Assembly: GCA_002245135.1 (NCBI GenBank) | Contig: NGBS01000003.1 | Location: 186,001 to 250,000, forward strand | From: Proteromonas lacertae | Taxonomy: Eukaryota | Direction: 5' to 3' | Length of the DNA: 64,000 nucleotides | Part shown: positions 38,123-51,530 of the stretch, in pieces | Position numbering within the stretch: the stretch's first letter is position 1 | Layout of the letters: each line of letters opens with the position of its first letter | The notes under the pieces: generated by a model | What the model was told of the DNA's origin: nothing | Seen by the model: only the letters and a program-made list of their open reading frames with translations | Databases searched by the model: none | Program-made: the position numbers and the translations under genes

Positions 38123-38801
38123 TTAACAACCACATTTAGATGATGGTTTAGATACATCAATGGGTGGAACATAATCAATCTTCGATTGTCTAACACGAGG
38201 AATCCTTTTCACCAAAGCTTCAAAACATTCTACAACATTAGTTCGATTTTTTGCAGATGTTTCAAAATACAATAAATTATTCTCATCTGCATATTCTTTT
38301 GCTTCAGTAGTTGGTACTTCTCTTAGATCAGTTAGATCAGCTTTATTACTTGCTAAAGCTATAGCTAAATCAGCTGGGGCTCTGTCTCTTAATTCTGTCA
38401 CCCATTGAGATGCTTTATCAAATGACATCTATACATATAAAACATATAAATTTGTATTTATTATACACGATTTGTACAATCAAACACCACAATTGCTCCT
38501 TTAGCACCTCTGTAATACATTGGAGCTAAACTATGATATCTTTCTTGACCTGCTGTATCCCATACATCTATTGTTATAATATCATCATCAATTCTTAATG
38601 TATGTGAACAATATGCAGCTATTGATTAAAATATATTATAGTTAGAGATACCACCAATTGTACTATCTTGATATTCTGAAAATGCATTTTTGAACGAATC
38701 TTTGAATTAAACTAGTTTTACCAACACCACTTTCACCTAATAAAACCTACAAGTATTAAAATTCTTATAAATACTATTTTAAACTTATATGTATGATCCA
38801 T
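38123..38801 (-). CDS. RAB5: Rab5-family small GTPase (one extra A in an A-run near 38690)
   Basis: [48 protein letters not shown] and C-terminal CGC. Three introns. Confidence 0.85.
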
Positions 38802-38901
38802 TTATTATATTGATATTTATTAATTTAAGCAATAACCTTCTATTCTATAAAAAAATCTTTCAAGATTGCTTGAGATAATCAAACTATTTCAAATTTAATT
38901 T

Positions 38902-40166
38902 ATGATGATTAATAAGGCATCTTTACAGATAGGACAAATTATTGAGTGCCATTTACTAGACGAAGATTCACCGTTGTGTATTTTATCATTTGCCATCCAT
39001 AGATGCTGCTACAGTATATAGTATTGATGAAAAGGCTGATAGAGTGTATGTAAGATATAAAGATCGTATACATTTATGATATTATGTAATAATATAATGT
39101 AGAAGATGAGAGACTTGATGCTTGGATTCCTTTATCTTTCATAAAAAGCACTACATTATCATCTGCTCATACTGCTCCAAGGAGAGGAAGACCAAGAAAA
39201 CGTCCAATGCAAGAAAAAGTTTCAAAAATACCAGTATTATTTTTATATTTACAATTAACAGATGAAAAATATAGAAAAAATCCAATTCGGTCCATTTGAA
39301 ATGGATACATGGTATCATTCACCATTTCCAGATGATTTTGTCAATTTAGATATACTTTATATGTGTGAAATATGTTTGAAATATTTTACAAAAGAAGAAG
39401 ATTATACAAATCACTGTAAAAAATGTGCAATAGGTTATCCACCAGGTGTAGAAATATATAGAGATGGCTGTATATCAGTGTTCGAAATAGATGGAGCTCA
39501 AGAGCTATATTACTCTCAGAATTTGTGTTTATTAAGCAAATTATTTTTGGATAAAAAGACTGTATATTATGATATAGATCCTTTTTTGTTTTATGTTTTA
39601 TGTGAAATTAATAATAGAACAGGATGTCATTTTGTATATATATATTTATTATTATATATTTATTTATTATTATATAGAAAGGCTATTTTTCAAAAGAGAA
39701 AAATTCTATTAATAACAATAATTTATCTTGTATTTTAATTCTTCCACCTTATCACAGTCAAAGTTATGGAAGGTTTTTAATATCAATAGCTTATGAATTA
39801 TCAAAGAGAGAAAATAAAATTGGATCACCTGAAAAGCCAATATCTGATTTAGGTATGTTAACATTTAGGAGTTATTGGAAATACAAAATTCAAGAAATCT
39901 TATCGGATTATTGGAAAAGAAAAGAACCTTTAACTATAAAACGTATTAGTGAAATGACTTGTATTACTACTGATGATATAATTGATACTATGGTGGATGT
40001 TGGTGTTTTATATCAAGCAAGAGCTAGATATACGATTAATTTGAAGAAAATGGAATCATTTATAAATACTCCTATTAGTAAACCGAAAATAATGTGTAAA
40101 CCAGAGAATTTGAAGTGGGTAAAGTCTCATTTGAATTTAGAGAAAATAAATGCTTTGAATTTATAA
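38902..40166 (+). CDS. MYST-family histone acetyltransferase (Esa1/Tip60/MOF-like) with N-terminal Tudor-knot domain
   Basis: DERLDAWIP, MDTWYHSPFP, C2HC zinc finger, QNLCLLSKLFLD, GYFSKEK, NNLSCILILPP, GSPEKPISDLG. Confidence 0.92.
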
Positions 40167-40547
40167 ATTTTGGATTCATAGTTTGTAACAATATGTTTAA
40201 ATTCTATTTAACTTTTTACATTGGTTAAAAAAAAGCAAAAATCAATATTATATGTTTGACAGCATCAAGCTTTACTTAATTTTCTTTTTAAAATATCTTG
40301 ATGAGGAAATAGATTGGAATGTTAAGGAACATAGAGATGCAAATAATATGACTCAATAAGTCATTTTAGAGGTGGCAATTAATATATAAAGTGAATTATG
40401 GCAGTATTAACTTTGACAATATATTGACATATTAAATCAATTTATTATGATATGATCTAGGGGGAAAATCAAAAAATGTTCTTTTTTGATGAAATGCAAC
40501 TTGAAAATATCATTTTTTGTGTTTAATAAAAATTGTTTCAGCACCCC

Positions 40548-43500
40548 ATGAAACCTTCAGAGATTGAACTGAAAGAGATTTCAATCGAGGAACCAAAGCA
40601 GGAGATACCAGTTTGCAAAACATCGTTTGAATCTGCTAATCAAGCACTTGATCATGGATATGATTACTATGCGAAACAAATCAAATCAATTCTTCCAGAC
40701 CTTCCACCTGTTGATATATCTCTAAAAAGTGTATATTATACCACAAAGGTCCCAAATGAAGAATCTACACATGAAGTGATCAACATAGTGTCGGGATTCT
40801 ATAATCAATTAAGACATATTGTTCCAATTGGGTTATATACCAAAGAGAAGATTTTGCAGAATATCACATTTAGATTCAAACCTGGAACATCCACCTTAGT
40901 AATGGGTCCTCCATCCTGTGGAAGTTCTACAGTATTAAAGATGATTGCAGGATTATTACCAAAGAGTGATATTAAAGGTTCAATTACTTGTAATGATAAA
41001 CCACTGGATAGTTTTAATTGGAAAAGATATTCAAGTTTCTGTGGACAATTAGATATTCATTTACCTTTATTAACTGTCAAGGAAACATTCGATTTCGCTG
41101 TGGCTTGTTTAAATGGTAAAGGAGAGATGAAAAGTAAAGGTCATTCAATGATAGAAGATGATATTAACCTCAGAACTGATTTATTCCTCACATTATTAGG
41201 TTTAAAGAACTGTGAACATACAATCGTTGGAGATGCAGTTCATCGTGGTTGCAGTGGTGGTGAAATGAAGAGAGTATCTGTTGGTGAATCTTTATTAGGT
41301 CCAAGTCGAGTATTATTATTAGATAAAATCAGTACTGGTTTAGATAGTGCAGTAACATTTGATATTTGTAAATTCTTAAACCAATGGACAAAAATATTTG
41401 AAGGAATCTTAGTATGTCACTTGTTACAACCAGATCCTGAGGTAATTGCATTATTTGATAATATGATAATATTGAGTGAAGGCCAAATTATCTATGCTGG
41501 TCCATGTGATGGAATATTACCACATTTTGATTCAATTGGATATCATATGATCGAAGGAAAAGATTTAGGTGCATTTATCTGTGAAGTTGGCAAAGAAGAA
41601 ACAAGAGAAGTTTATAGAAAAGATGATACAATTCCAGTAACAACTCAATATTTAGTAGAGAAATATGAAATGAGTGAATTAAAGACAAAAAATTTGGATA
41701 GTGTAAATGAAAAAGTTGAAAAAACTGAAGTTCCAAAGAATGATTATAATGAAGCAATGTTCAATACAGCTCATCCAATGAAATTTTGGCATGAATTATT
41801 CTATTTAATTAGAAGACAAGTAACAATCACTTTACAAGATAAACTATTCATTCGTGGAAGAATTATTCAACAAATTGTAATGGGATTGTTATTTGGAACT
41901 GTTTATTTCCAAATAGATAGACATAATTTCATTGCTAGAACTGGTTCAATTGTTGCTACTGTGATGGCATTGGTGAATACTTCATTATCATTGGTTGTTG
42001 GTATATTTAGACAGAAACCTGTCTTGTATAAGCAAGTGCAAAGAGGATATTTTTCTGTTCCTTCATATGTGTTAAGTGTAATAGTAAATCAAATCCCTTT
42101 GCAACTATTTGAAGTGTTTATATTTGGTTCGTTGATCTATTTTATGAGTGGTTATTCATTAGCTGATAATGGAGTTCATTATTTTATCTTCATAGCTTAT
42201 GAACTGTTGGGTTATATGGCTTTTACTTCATTTCAATTGATTATGATGTATTTGTATGGAAAATTAGCTATTTTAGCTGCCTTTCTACCAATTGTAGGTT
42301 TTTTTTTGAATGCATTTAATGGATTTAATATTACAAAGAATTCTATACCCAAATGGTTAATAGAATTCTATTATTTCAGTCCAATGAGTTATATGATAAA
42401 AGGTATTGCAGTAAATGAGTTTACTAGTAGTGAATATACTCCAGAAGAAGCTGTAAATTATCTAAAAGTATTTGATTTCCCAACTAATAAGAATGATCAA
42501 TGGCAGTACTTTTTAATATTAATTTGTGAGAATATCATATTTGTATTATTACAAATGGTTGTATTGCATTATATTATATATGATCCATTTCCACCAAGTG
42601 AAACTGTTGATATGAAAGATGTAAAAGCTGTTGATATGACAAGACAAAGTGAAATGAGTGCAAGATCTTCAGCTTCAGAAGTTAATTTCAATACAGTTGA
42701 TTTCTCATTTGAACATGTAAAATATTCTGTTAAAATAAAAGATCCAGTAACAAAAAAGAAAGTGGATAAAGTATTATTGAATGATGTAAGTGGTTATGTT
42801 AGAAGCCACAGTATAACAGCATTAATGGGAGCAAGTGGTGCTGGTAAAACTACGTTATTGGATGTATTAGCAAATAGAAAAACACAAGGTAAAATAGAAG
42901 GTGAGTTTTTAATAAATGGTAAACCATATAAAATGAAAGATTTGTGTGTGTTAAGTGGATATGTTGAACAACAAGATACATTACCAGAAACTGAGACAGT
43001 CAAAGAAGCATTGATGTTTAGTGCAAGGTTAAGATATCCAGGACATCCAAATGATTCAACAATTAAAAATTTTGTAAAACAGGTAATAGAGTTATTAGAA
43101 TTAAAAGATTATAAGAATATGGCAATAGGAAGTGTAGATGATGGTTTACCAATGGGTATAAGAAAATTAGTGATGGTTGGAATAGAATTAGTTGCAGATC
43201 CATCAATATTATTCTTAGATGAACCAACAACTGGATTAGATAGTTCAGCTGCTTTATTAGTATGTCAAGTCTTACAAAGAATCGCAGCAAGTGGCCGAAG
43301 TATAATTTGTACAATCCATCAACCATCTTATGAAATATTCAAGTTATTTACTGATGTATTGTTATTAGAAAGAGGCGGAAAAGTAGTTTATTTTGGTGAA
43401 TTAGGTGAAAATGGCAGTAAAGTAGTAGAATATATGGAAAGTATAGATGGAGTAACACCAATTGAAAAAGGTCAAAATCCAGCTAGTTGGATGTTAGATG

Positions 43501-44509
43501 TAACTGGAGCTGGAACAGGAAATACAAAAAATGTGAAATTTGGTGATTATTATTTGACAACTGATTTATATCAAAATGTAGAAAACACATTAGCTGCAAT
43601 TAAATCTTCCAATAGAAAAGTAATTCATTTCAAAGATGCATATTCCTCAACCATTACAAGACAAATATGGGAAGTGACAAAGAAACAATTTCGTTTCTCC
43701 TGGAGATTATTGGAATATAATTTAGCACGTTACAGAGTTTCATTATTTATGAGTTTAGCAATGGGAATATTATATTTCCAAACACCAATGAAAACAACAG
43801 GTAATTTACAAAGTCGTTTTGCTTGTTTGTGTGTTTATGTAATGACTATTTTTATGAATACATGTATAAGTATCGTTCCAGTGTTAATTGATAGAAGATT
43901 GGTGTTTTATCGTGAAGATGCAATGAGAACTTATCATCCAATTGCTCAATTGATTGGTTTAATATCAGCTGAATTAGTGTTTTCCTTCTTTTTAGCTTGG
44001 TGTTATATGTTATTTTACTATCCAATGGCTGGGTTAAGAAGTGAAGCATCAAGAGTTTTCAAACATTACTTTATGAATTATACATTCATTATATTAGCAG
44101 TTGTATTAGGTCAATTCTTTTCTTATTTGTTTCCTATTATTCAGATTGCTTCTATTTGTATTATTTGTGGTTTAAGTTTATTCAGTACTTCTGCTGGTTT
44201 TACTATTCCTTATCCATCCTTAAAAGCACCTTGGAAATGGATTTATTGGATTAATCCAGTTGCTTTTGGTATTCAGACTGTAGTAGGAAATCAATTTGAG
44301 TGTGCAATAAAATACCAGTAAATACTACCAACTGTCCATCAATAATGGTGTTGGGAAATCTTACAACAATTCACGATTATTATGCTAATACTTATGGTAT
44401 CAAGTATGATATGTTTTGGACATATATTGGTTATTTGTGGATTGAAATAGCAGTTGCTTTGTGTTTGTTGTTTGTTGGAATTTCAAAGATAAGATATTTA
44501 GATCGTTAA
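40548..44509 (+). CDS. PDR-type full-size ABCG transporter (NBD-TMD x2), intronless, frameshift near 44308
   Basis: GCSGGEMKRVS, LDKISTGLDS, TALMGASGAGKTTLLDVLA, FLDEPTTGLDS, CTIHQPS and two TMDs. The last helix is in the ORF 44300-44509. Confidence 0.92.
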
Positions 44510-44675
44510 AGAATACTTTTTATATCTTAAAATATTATTATAAAAGTTGTTTGTATGAGTATGGAATGACTTAATAAACACAAGCCGATTATTTGGGTTT
44601 GAAACGAATAAAAAAGTTTACAATTGTTTATTAAAACGACTATATTTCATTCAAAAAGATTTAATCTTCCAAAAA

Positions 44676-45777
44676 ATGTCTATGCCATATACTTTCTTAG
44701 GAAACACAGGTCTAAAAGTATCTAGACTTGGATATGGTGCTTTTGGATCTTTTGGATTAAAGACAGACGAAGAGTTGTCTTATCAGTTAATGAAAAAGGC
44801 ATTTGACAGTGGTATTAACTTATTTGACAATGCTGAAATATATGGAGATGGAGAAGCCGAAATCATGATGGGTAAAGTTATAAAAAGACTAAATGTGAGA
44901 AGAAGTGCTCTCGTAATAGTAACAAAGATATTTTGGGGACCTAAGCTGGGAGGTCGTAAAGTATATTGCAATGATTTTGGTTTATCAAGAAAACACATAA
45001 TTGAAGGATTGAAAGATTGTTTAGGAAGATTACAGTTGGATTATGTTGATGTTGTAATTGCTCATCGTCCTGATATAAGAACTCCAATGGAAGAAACAGT
45101 AAGAGCTTTTAACTTTGTGATTAGTCAAGGAATGGCTTTGTATTGGGGAACAAGTGAATGGTCAGCTGAACAAATCAGAGAAGCAAATATATCTTTTATT
45201 TATATAAAAATATTGTGTTTTGTTTTCCTTTATTAGTCATTTTACGAGATTGCAAAAAGATTAGGATTAGTTGGTCCAATTGGTGATGAATGTCTTTACA
45301 ATTGCATTAGTAGAGCCAGATTTGAAGGTGAATATGATAGATTATTCAAAGAAACTAAAATGGGTTCAATTACTTTTTCACCTTTAGCTTATGGTTTGTT
45401 AACTGGTAAATATGCGAATGGAATACCTGCTGATAGTAGATTAAGTATAAAAGAAGGTCAGCATAGGAACTGCAAATGAAGGTGTTATTAAAGGAAGATT
45501 TGGATCAATGGAATATATAAATGATGTTTGTAGTAAATTAAAAGTGATTGCTGATAGATTAGGATGTACTTTACCTCAGCTATGCTTAGCATGGGTATTG
45601 AAGAATGACAATGTTAGTGTAATGTTACTTGGAGCTTCAAAATTATCACAATTGGAAGAAAACATAAAGTGTTTGGAAGTATTACCCAAATTGACTGATG
45701 AAGTAATGAATGAATTAGAAAAAATATTGAATAATAAACCAGCTCCAGCTCCTGATTGTAGAACTTGGAATAATTAA
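44676..45777 (+). CDS. aldo-keto reductase, Kv-beta (KCNAB/AKR6)-like
   Basis: [62 protein letters not shown]. One AT-AC intron and one probable 22-nt GT-AG intron (45445-45466). Confidence 0.92.
45189..45245 (+). other. U12-type AT-AC intron, 57 nt
   Basis: ATATCTTTT...TTTTCCTTTATTAGTCATTTTAC. Removal gives [18 protein letters not shown], the conserved Kv-beta segment. Confidence 0.9.
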
Positions 45778-45917
45778 ATAATAAATACCTCATATTGTGA
45801 TATTTGTTTTTTTTCTGTAGATATAAAATAAAAGTAGTGAAATATTAAACATAAATTCAATTGATTTAGAAAATACACAGTAATCAAGCTTCTTTTTTTG
45901 GCTTGCTCGAATTTAAG

Positions 45918-47403
45918 ATGCGTTGGATATGTATATATATCATATTACTAATTCTTTTAGCAATATTTGCAATTTCTATCTTCATAAGCATCAGTTTTGT
46001 GTCAGCAAAGGAATACGATCCTGATTTTGAGTATGAAATAGTTGTAAAAGCTGAAGGAAGTCTTGGATTGGAATTAGAAAAAGGTATAAAATGTAAATAA
46101 TGTATAAATAGATCCAGAAGATCAACAATATTTGAGAGTGTCAAAAATCCATAAGGGAGGATATATTGATCAATCTAAATATGTTGATGTAGCTGATAGA
46201 TTGATAAGTTTAAATGATAAGCCTATATTAAACATGTCAATGAAGTATAATTATACATTTTTATATATAATATATTATATTACAATCAATAGTTCATTTG
46301 TTGATATGTATATTGAAGAAGAATTCCCCAAAACATTGAAGTTTTTACCCATAGAACCATGGAACAGAAAAGATCCAGAAGCAATGAAGCAACATTATGC
46401 TCCACCACCACCTAAACTAGTCAATGAAGGTGTAGCCTATCTTAATATACAAGGCCCCTTTGTATTTGAGAATTCTTACCAACTACAACAAGGAGAAATA
46501 GGTAAATTAGAGTATGATCGAGATGTTGATATTGAATTTGTAGCAATCAACACATTAGGATGTGATCCAGTAGCCAATGACACTTATAAGAATAAATATG
46601 TAATATTATGGAGAGGAGATTGTAATTTCTTTGAAAAGGCGACAATAATTCAGAATGGTGGAGGTATTGGAATGATAGTTGTTGATAATTCAATAGAAAA
46701 AGTAATTCCAAGAATAAAAGGAGTAGATGATGAAAGATTTGTATTTCATATACCATTTTTCATGACTGATTGGTTTAACGGTCATACATTAATGCAAGCT
46801 GGTGTAGTGAGTGGTGGTTTAACTGGTCAAATATCATTTACACGAAAAGAAGTGAAAGTTGAAGAAGAAGTTGCTGCTTCTGATAGTGGTGCTAATACAG
46901 GAAAAGCAGCTAAATCAGGAAAGAAAAGATATAATCGTAAAGCATTATTGAATAAAGGAGCAGTTGATATTACTGTTGTAGGAGAATATCTTTTTTTAAT
47001 ACTTTTTATTTAATAATTTCTTTAATTAAATTGTAGAAATGGATATAACAAAGTAATTTCAAGTAAGAAAGCACTTTATGGTCCAAAACCAAGTGGTCCA
47101 GGATATATGTTAGTTCCTGCTGGCAATATGTGTAAAGGATTTACTGCAGATATAAGAGGAAGTTGGGCTATAACAGATACAACTCAATGTAGTTATGAAG
47201 AGAAAACAAGAAATGGACAAAAAGGAGGTGCTAGAGGTGTTATTGTAGTTAGTGACGATGAAAATGTTATTCAATTACCTGCTGTTAATGCTGATGGAAT
47301 TGAAATTCCTACTTTGATGATTAGTAAAAGTGATGGTGAAGAGTTGATTCAACAATTTACATCTGGGAATACTATTTTTGGAAGAATGAAGTCTATCAGT
47401 TAA
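45918..47403 (+). CDS. secreted or membrane-anchored PDZ-like plus two protease-associated (PA) domain protein
   Basis: Hydrophobic N-terminus. PDZ-like GSLGLEL...RVSKIHKGG...DRLISLND. PA1 GCDP...ILWRGDCNFFEKATIIQNGGGIGMIVVDN. PA2 CSYEEKTRNGQKGGARGVIVV...IPTLMISKSDGEEL. Confidence 0.75.
46986..47036 (+). other. putative U12-type intron, AT-AG ends, 51 nt
   Basis: ATATCTTTT...TTTCTTTAATTAAATTGTAG. The phase-2 join GA|A restores the frame into the PA2 exon. No phase-compatible GT donor is nearby. Confidence 0.75.
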
Positions 47404-47500
47404 TTAATTAAATGATATTATTATTGGATTATGTTATTTTTAATTCTTTTGTTGTTTCTCTATTCAAAAAATAAATCCGTTTTAGTATTTTTCAAAAAGG

Positions 47501-47805
47501 ATGTTTTTTATTACTAAGGCATGTTGGTTTACAACTGGATTTATTTGTGGATGGTTAGGCAAAGAGCATATTGATACTGAGAAGGTTGATGCTTTAATAC
47601 GTTCCAAGGTTAATAATGAGCAAGTTATTCTATATGTATTTCACTAATATTATATTTAAAATAGTATGATAAAATTTTATTCGGTAAAGATAAAGTTGAT
47701 TCTGTATAAAACATTATAAAGTAATTTTTATAGTTTATCAAAAGCTTTAAAAAGTCAAGTGATGGTTCTAAGGATGTACCTAAAGATAAGCCAAATGATA
47801 AATAA
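47501..47805 (+). CDS. small hypothetical protein (~80 aa, 2 introns) with N-terminal hydrophobic segment
   Basis: MFFITKACWFTTGFICGWLGKEH...YDKILFGKDKVDS|FIKSFKKSSDGSKDVPKDKPNDK*. Confidence 0.55.
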
Positions 47806-47925
47806 TTTTACTATAACTGTTTATTATTCTAATTATTAATGTTTTGTTTGAATATAAAACCAGCAAAACAATATTTACATACTATTAAAAATATTTATAT
47901 ATTACTATAATTAAAAATCAAAATT

Positions 47926-48832
47926 CTACTCCATATAAAAAGAAAAAACAGAATTGAATAAATTCACAACATTTACATCACTTGAAGACTTAATAACATT
48001 CAAATGATCACTATACAAATTTACTAAATCCCTGATATTTAATCCCTCCAATAACTTAATACATTCTATTAATAACAACATAATTTGATTATCATAATCA
48101 ACTAAAGATAAACAGTCAAAAAAAAGTTCTATAAAACAATGACTGCTTATCATGTCAATAAATAACTCTGAATATTGAGATTTCAATAAAACAATTAATA
48201 TTTTCATCACCTCAACATTCTGATGAAGTTGATATGAGGTATATAAAACATGTAAAATATGTTCATCAAAAAAATAGACTGCATTAGAATCTTTCTCTAT
48301 TATATACAGCCACACTTGTAAACTGTTAGATACTACTATTTTACTCCAAATATGCAAATGATCAAAAATATCTACAAACCCTTTTCTTATAATTTTGCTA
48401 TAATCCATATATTCAAATATATGAGCTAAGAAATAGTAATAATTATTAATATACGATAATTTTCTAAGGCAGATAATATAAGAGAAAATGCCTTTTGTAG
48501 ATGATTTTGGTCTTCTAGTGAAGAAATCGTTTTAAAAACATAATTATCACATCTAATTTTTGCTAATTCTTGACAGTTCTCAGTAGAGCTATGAAGCTTC
48601 AAAAATGTACCAAGAAAATCACTATATTCTTCTGCTTCAAGAGCATTATTCCAAGACCAAAAAAAGAAAGGCATTTCAGCAATTGAAACAATTTCTGTGA
48701 ATTTATAAGCGAAAAAAACATACCATCTAAAGATGATTTTGAATCTTCATCGAAAATACTCTCATACAGTCTCTTTGGCATTATTTCATCTTTTGAATTA
48801 ATAATCCTGTAACTTTTATCATGATTTATCAT
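47926..48832 (-). CDS. hypothetical helical-repeat (ARM-like) protein, start uncertain
   Basis: Three ORF pieces are joined in frame by two GT-AG introns. The product is Leu/Ile-rich and helical. Confidence 0.5.
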
Positions 48833-49148
48833 GATTTAATCAGAGAAACTTGTGTTTCTACTATTTGTAACGGACATATTTGCATTAGCTGAAATAAAAT
48901 TAACCAGAAAGATTCTGAAGTAGATATTTAAAATCTATTTGATTATTTGTAATTTTGATCTGAATAATGATATATTTTCTTATGCTCCAATGAAATACCT
49001 GAAATTTTTTTCTTCCTTTCAGTTCATTTATGGTCGTTAATTGATCATTAGGACACTCTCTGATCATCGATAAGCTCTCTCTGTCTTCAGAAACAACTAC
49101 TCAAACAATGTCAAGCTTATGAAATATATTCGTTACACTTTATAAAAA

Positions 49149-49910
49149 ATGAGCAGAAGAAGAGCAATCGTCTTGATTAGTAAATCGTTTGTTAAAGATA
49201 TTAAACGAGAGTATTTGTTTTTATCAAGCTAAATAGAAAATTCTCTACTCCAAGTGAATCTTCAGCTGTTTGTGAATGTTTTGATCCAAAAGGAAACTCC
49301 AAACTTGGATTCAATATTGGAGTTGAATTTGTTAATCCTGGAGATGAATTGTTGGGAGAAGTATATTTTCACTTATTTGTTAGTATATTATGTATTCTGG
49401 AAGGCAAGTGATAAAGAATAAAGATTTTTATATATCATGGCTCACTCTAAGAATTATATATTACCTTATTTGCACATTGAATGTTTTTTCTTCAATATGT
49501 TTGTTATGTTTCAAGTATTATATATATATATACTATCTAATATGTTATATATTTATTAGATATACACATTCAAATATAACTGAACCATCACATATTAATA
49601 GGATTTGTTGTTCAGTAATTCCATGTTTTATTATTTTAGTTGAATCAATATTACTTTATTTACAGAAATTCAAATGCTTTGGAGTTTCTATCTTTTTGCA
49701 TATTATATTTACATTCATTTCAACATTTTATATGCCTTCAGGGTTTTATTTGGTAAGAATATTCTTGGATTTGTTGAGTTTTATTGTTGTGTTTTTTATG
49801 AAAGATTATTTTGTATATTCATGTAATATTATTCAATAGATCCCAATGACAATGCTTGTTCCTCGTGATAGCGCTGGACCACAATCTCTTCTGGAGATAA
49901 TAGATGTATA
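49149..49910 (+). CDS. hypothetical multi-pass membrane protein
   Basis: Several hydrophobic helices on short exons, ending ...DYF|IPMTMLVPRDSAGPQSLLEIIDV*. Confidence 0.5.
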
Positions 49911-49919
49911 ATAAGAATT

Positions 49920-51358
49920 TATGTAATTTTTTTAATATATATTGAATTATATATATTGTGAGAGGGGAATGAATAATATAAAACGTTCTATATCTGAATC
50001 GTGAAATAATTAAATTAACAAAAAACGAAACGGATCTGATAAAATAACTATTCATTGGAACACTGTAATAATCACTGTCAAATTTTAAATCAGAAACTGG
50101 TTTATACAATGTTTTAGCTTGATAAAATGGAATTGATTCTTCTTTATCACCATTTGGTTTTATCCATTTCAGTTTTAATCTATAACTGGAGGAATTGTAT
50201 TTTTCTGAACATATTGTATCATTGTCATTATCTGTATAACATTCTTTTTGTTTTTTACTGTAAAATCCTCTCATCTCAAAATCATGATAGCCTGATGCTA
50301 TTATCATCTTATTTGAAGATTCTGAATATTCCCATAAACTACAAAATCCATAATAATCATTATTGTCTTTTGTATAATTGAATTTTGTAGAGTTAAATAC
50401 ATTTATTTCATCAATGTACACTTTATAGAATGAATAATCAGAATCACTCACAAATGTATATTCACCCTCATTTTCCACATATATTAATCCTTTTATAGTG
50501 AAATTCCAATATTCAATGTGATTTGTTGATAAATAATACTTCAATTTTTCATCCCAAATTACATAAGTATTATCACCATTTAAAGCATTAATATTATCTA
50601 TTATTGCATTTAAACTACTATAAACTGTTGTAATTTTATCATAACCACAATTAAATTCATTCACACCATTGTCTATTTCCACATTCAATCCAGGTTTATA
50701 TTCAAATGGAATTTTGGATATTATTATATCTGTTGTTATTCCACTTTCATTTGAAGGATTTTTGGCTTTGATTGTTATTCTATTAATATATTATATCATT
50801 TTATAAAATACATTAATCTATCGATTGGAGAATAGTTATTGAATGATAGTATTCCATCTTCAGATATTGAAATATTCGTAATTTCCTTCTGGTTGGAAAG
50901 ATATTGACCAATTCTCTATTTTTCTATCACATTTACATTCAAATGAATCTGTCAAATTGTCAATTATATTTAATTCACTAATTCCGACAAGATAATGCAG
51001 TTGGTACATCCCAAACTATAATTAATTATGAAATCTATACTCTTTATATCCAACATAGAATTAAGTATAGCTTTCATCAGTTTTTTTTAACGTCACAGTA
51101 TATGTTTGTTGATTTTCTTCTTCAGGTGTACCTGTAATTCTTCCATTTAGTGGATCAAGTGATAAGCCTTTGATTAAACTAGGTTTAACCATAAATACAC
51201 CTCCATTAGATCTGATATTTGGAGTATTGGAGATTATTATTTCATCCTACAACATAATTTGGATTTTGATTTGAATAATCAAACTCATTTTCTGCAAACA
51301 CATACAGAATAAATAGCACTATTTATAACTTATATTATCAAATACTAAAAACAAACAT
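49920..51358 (-). pseudogene. disrupted He_PIG (putative Ig) plus PA14-like surface protein gene
   Basis: Signal peptide MFVF|MLFILYVFA, He_PIG PSLIKGLSLDPLNGRITGTP, PA14-like KGLIYVENEGEYTF...LKLKWIKPNG. Frameshifts near 51245 and 50885 and an in-frame TAA at 51061-51063. The 3' end is uncertain. Confidence 0.65.
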
Positions 51359-51530
51359 TTTGTTTATAAATTTGACTAGATATGATCACTATAGTGAAAT
51401 AACTGAACGTTTATTTTGAAACGATTTAATTTTTATAAATTAAGAAAAGACAATAATAATTAAATATATCTTTACATATAAATAAATATATAGTTTTAAA
51501 TAAAACACGTTTATTATTATCCTTATTAAA

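Noticed and set aside
38619..38651. GTATCT-starting introns in Rab5 (33 nt) and the PH-kinase (24 nt) as GT-AG U12 introns
   Set aside because: They are much shorter than the 51-61 nt class and lack a branch box at the expected distance.
44295..44321. programmed ribosomal frameshift in the ABCG C-terminus
   Set aside because: There is no canonical slippery heptamer or downstream structure, and a one-base homopolymer error explains it.
51061..51063. in-frame TAA as evidence of a reassigned genetic code
   Set aside because: It is a single case in a disrupted gene. TAA, TAG and TGA all end conserved genes here, and long exons have no internal stops.
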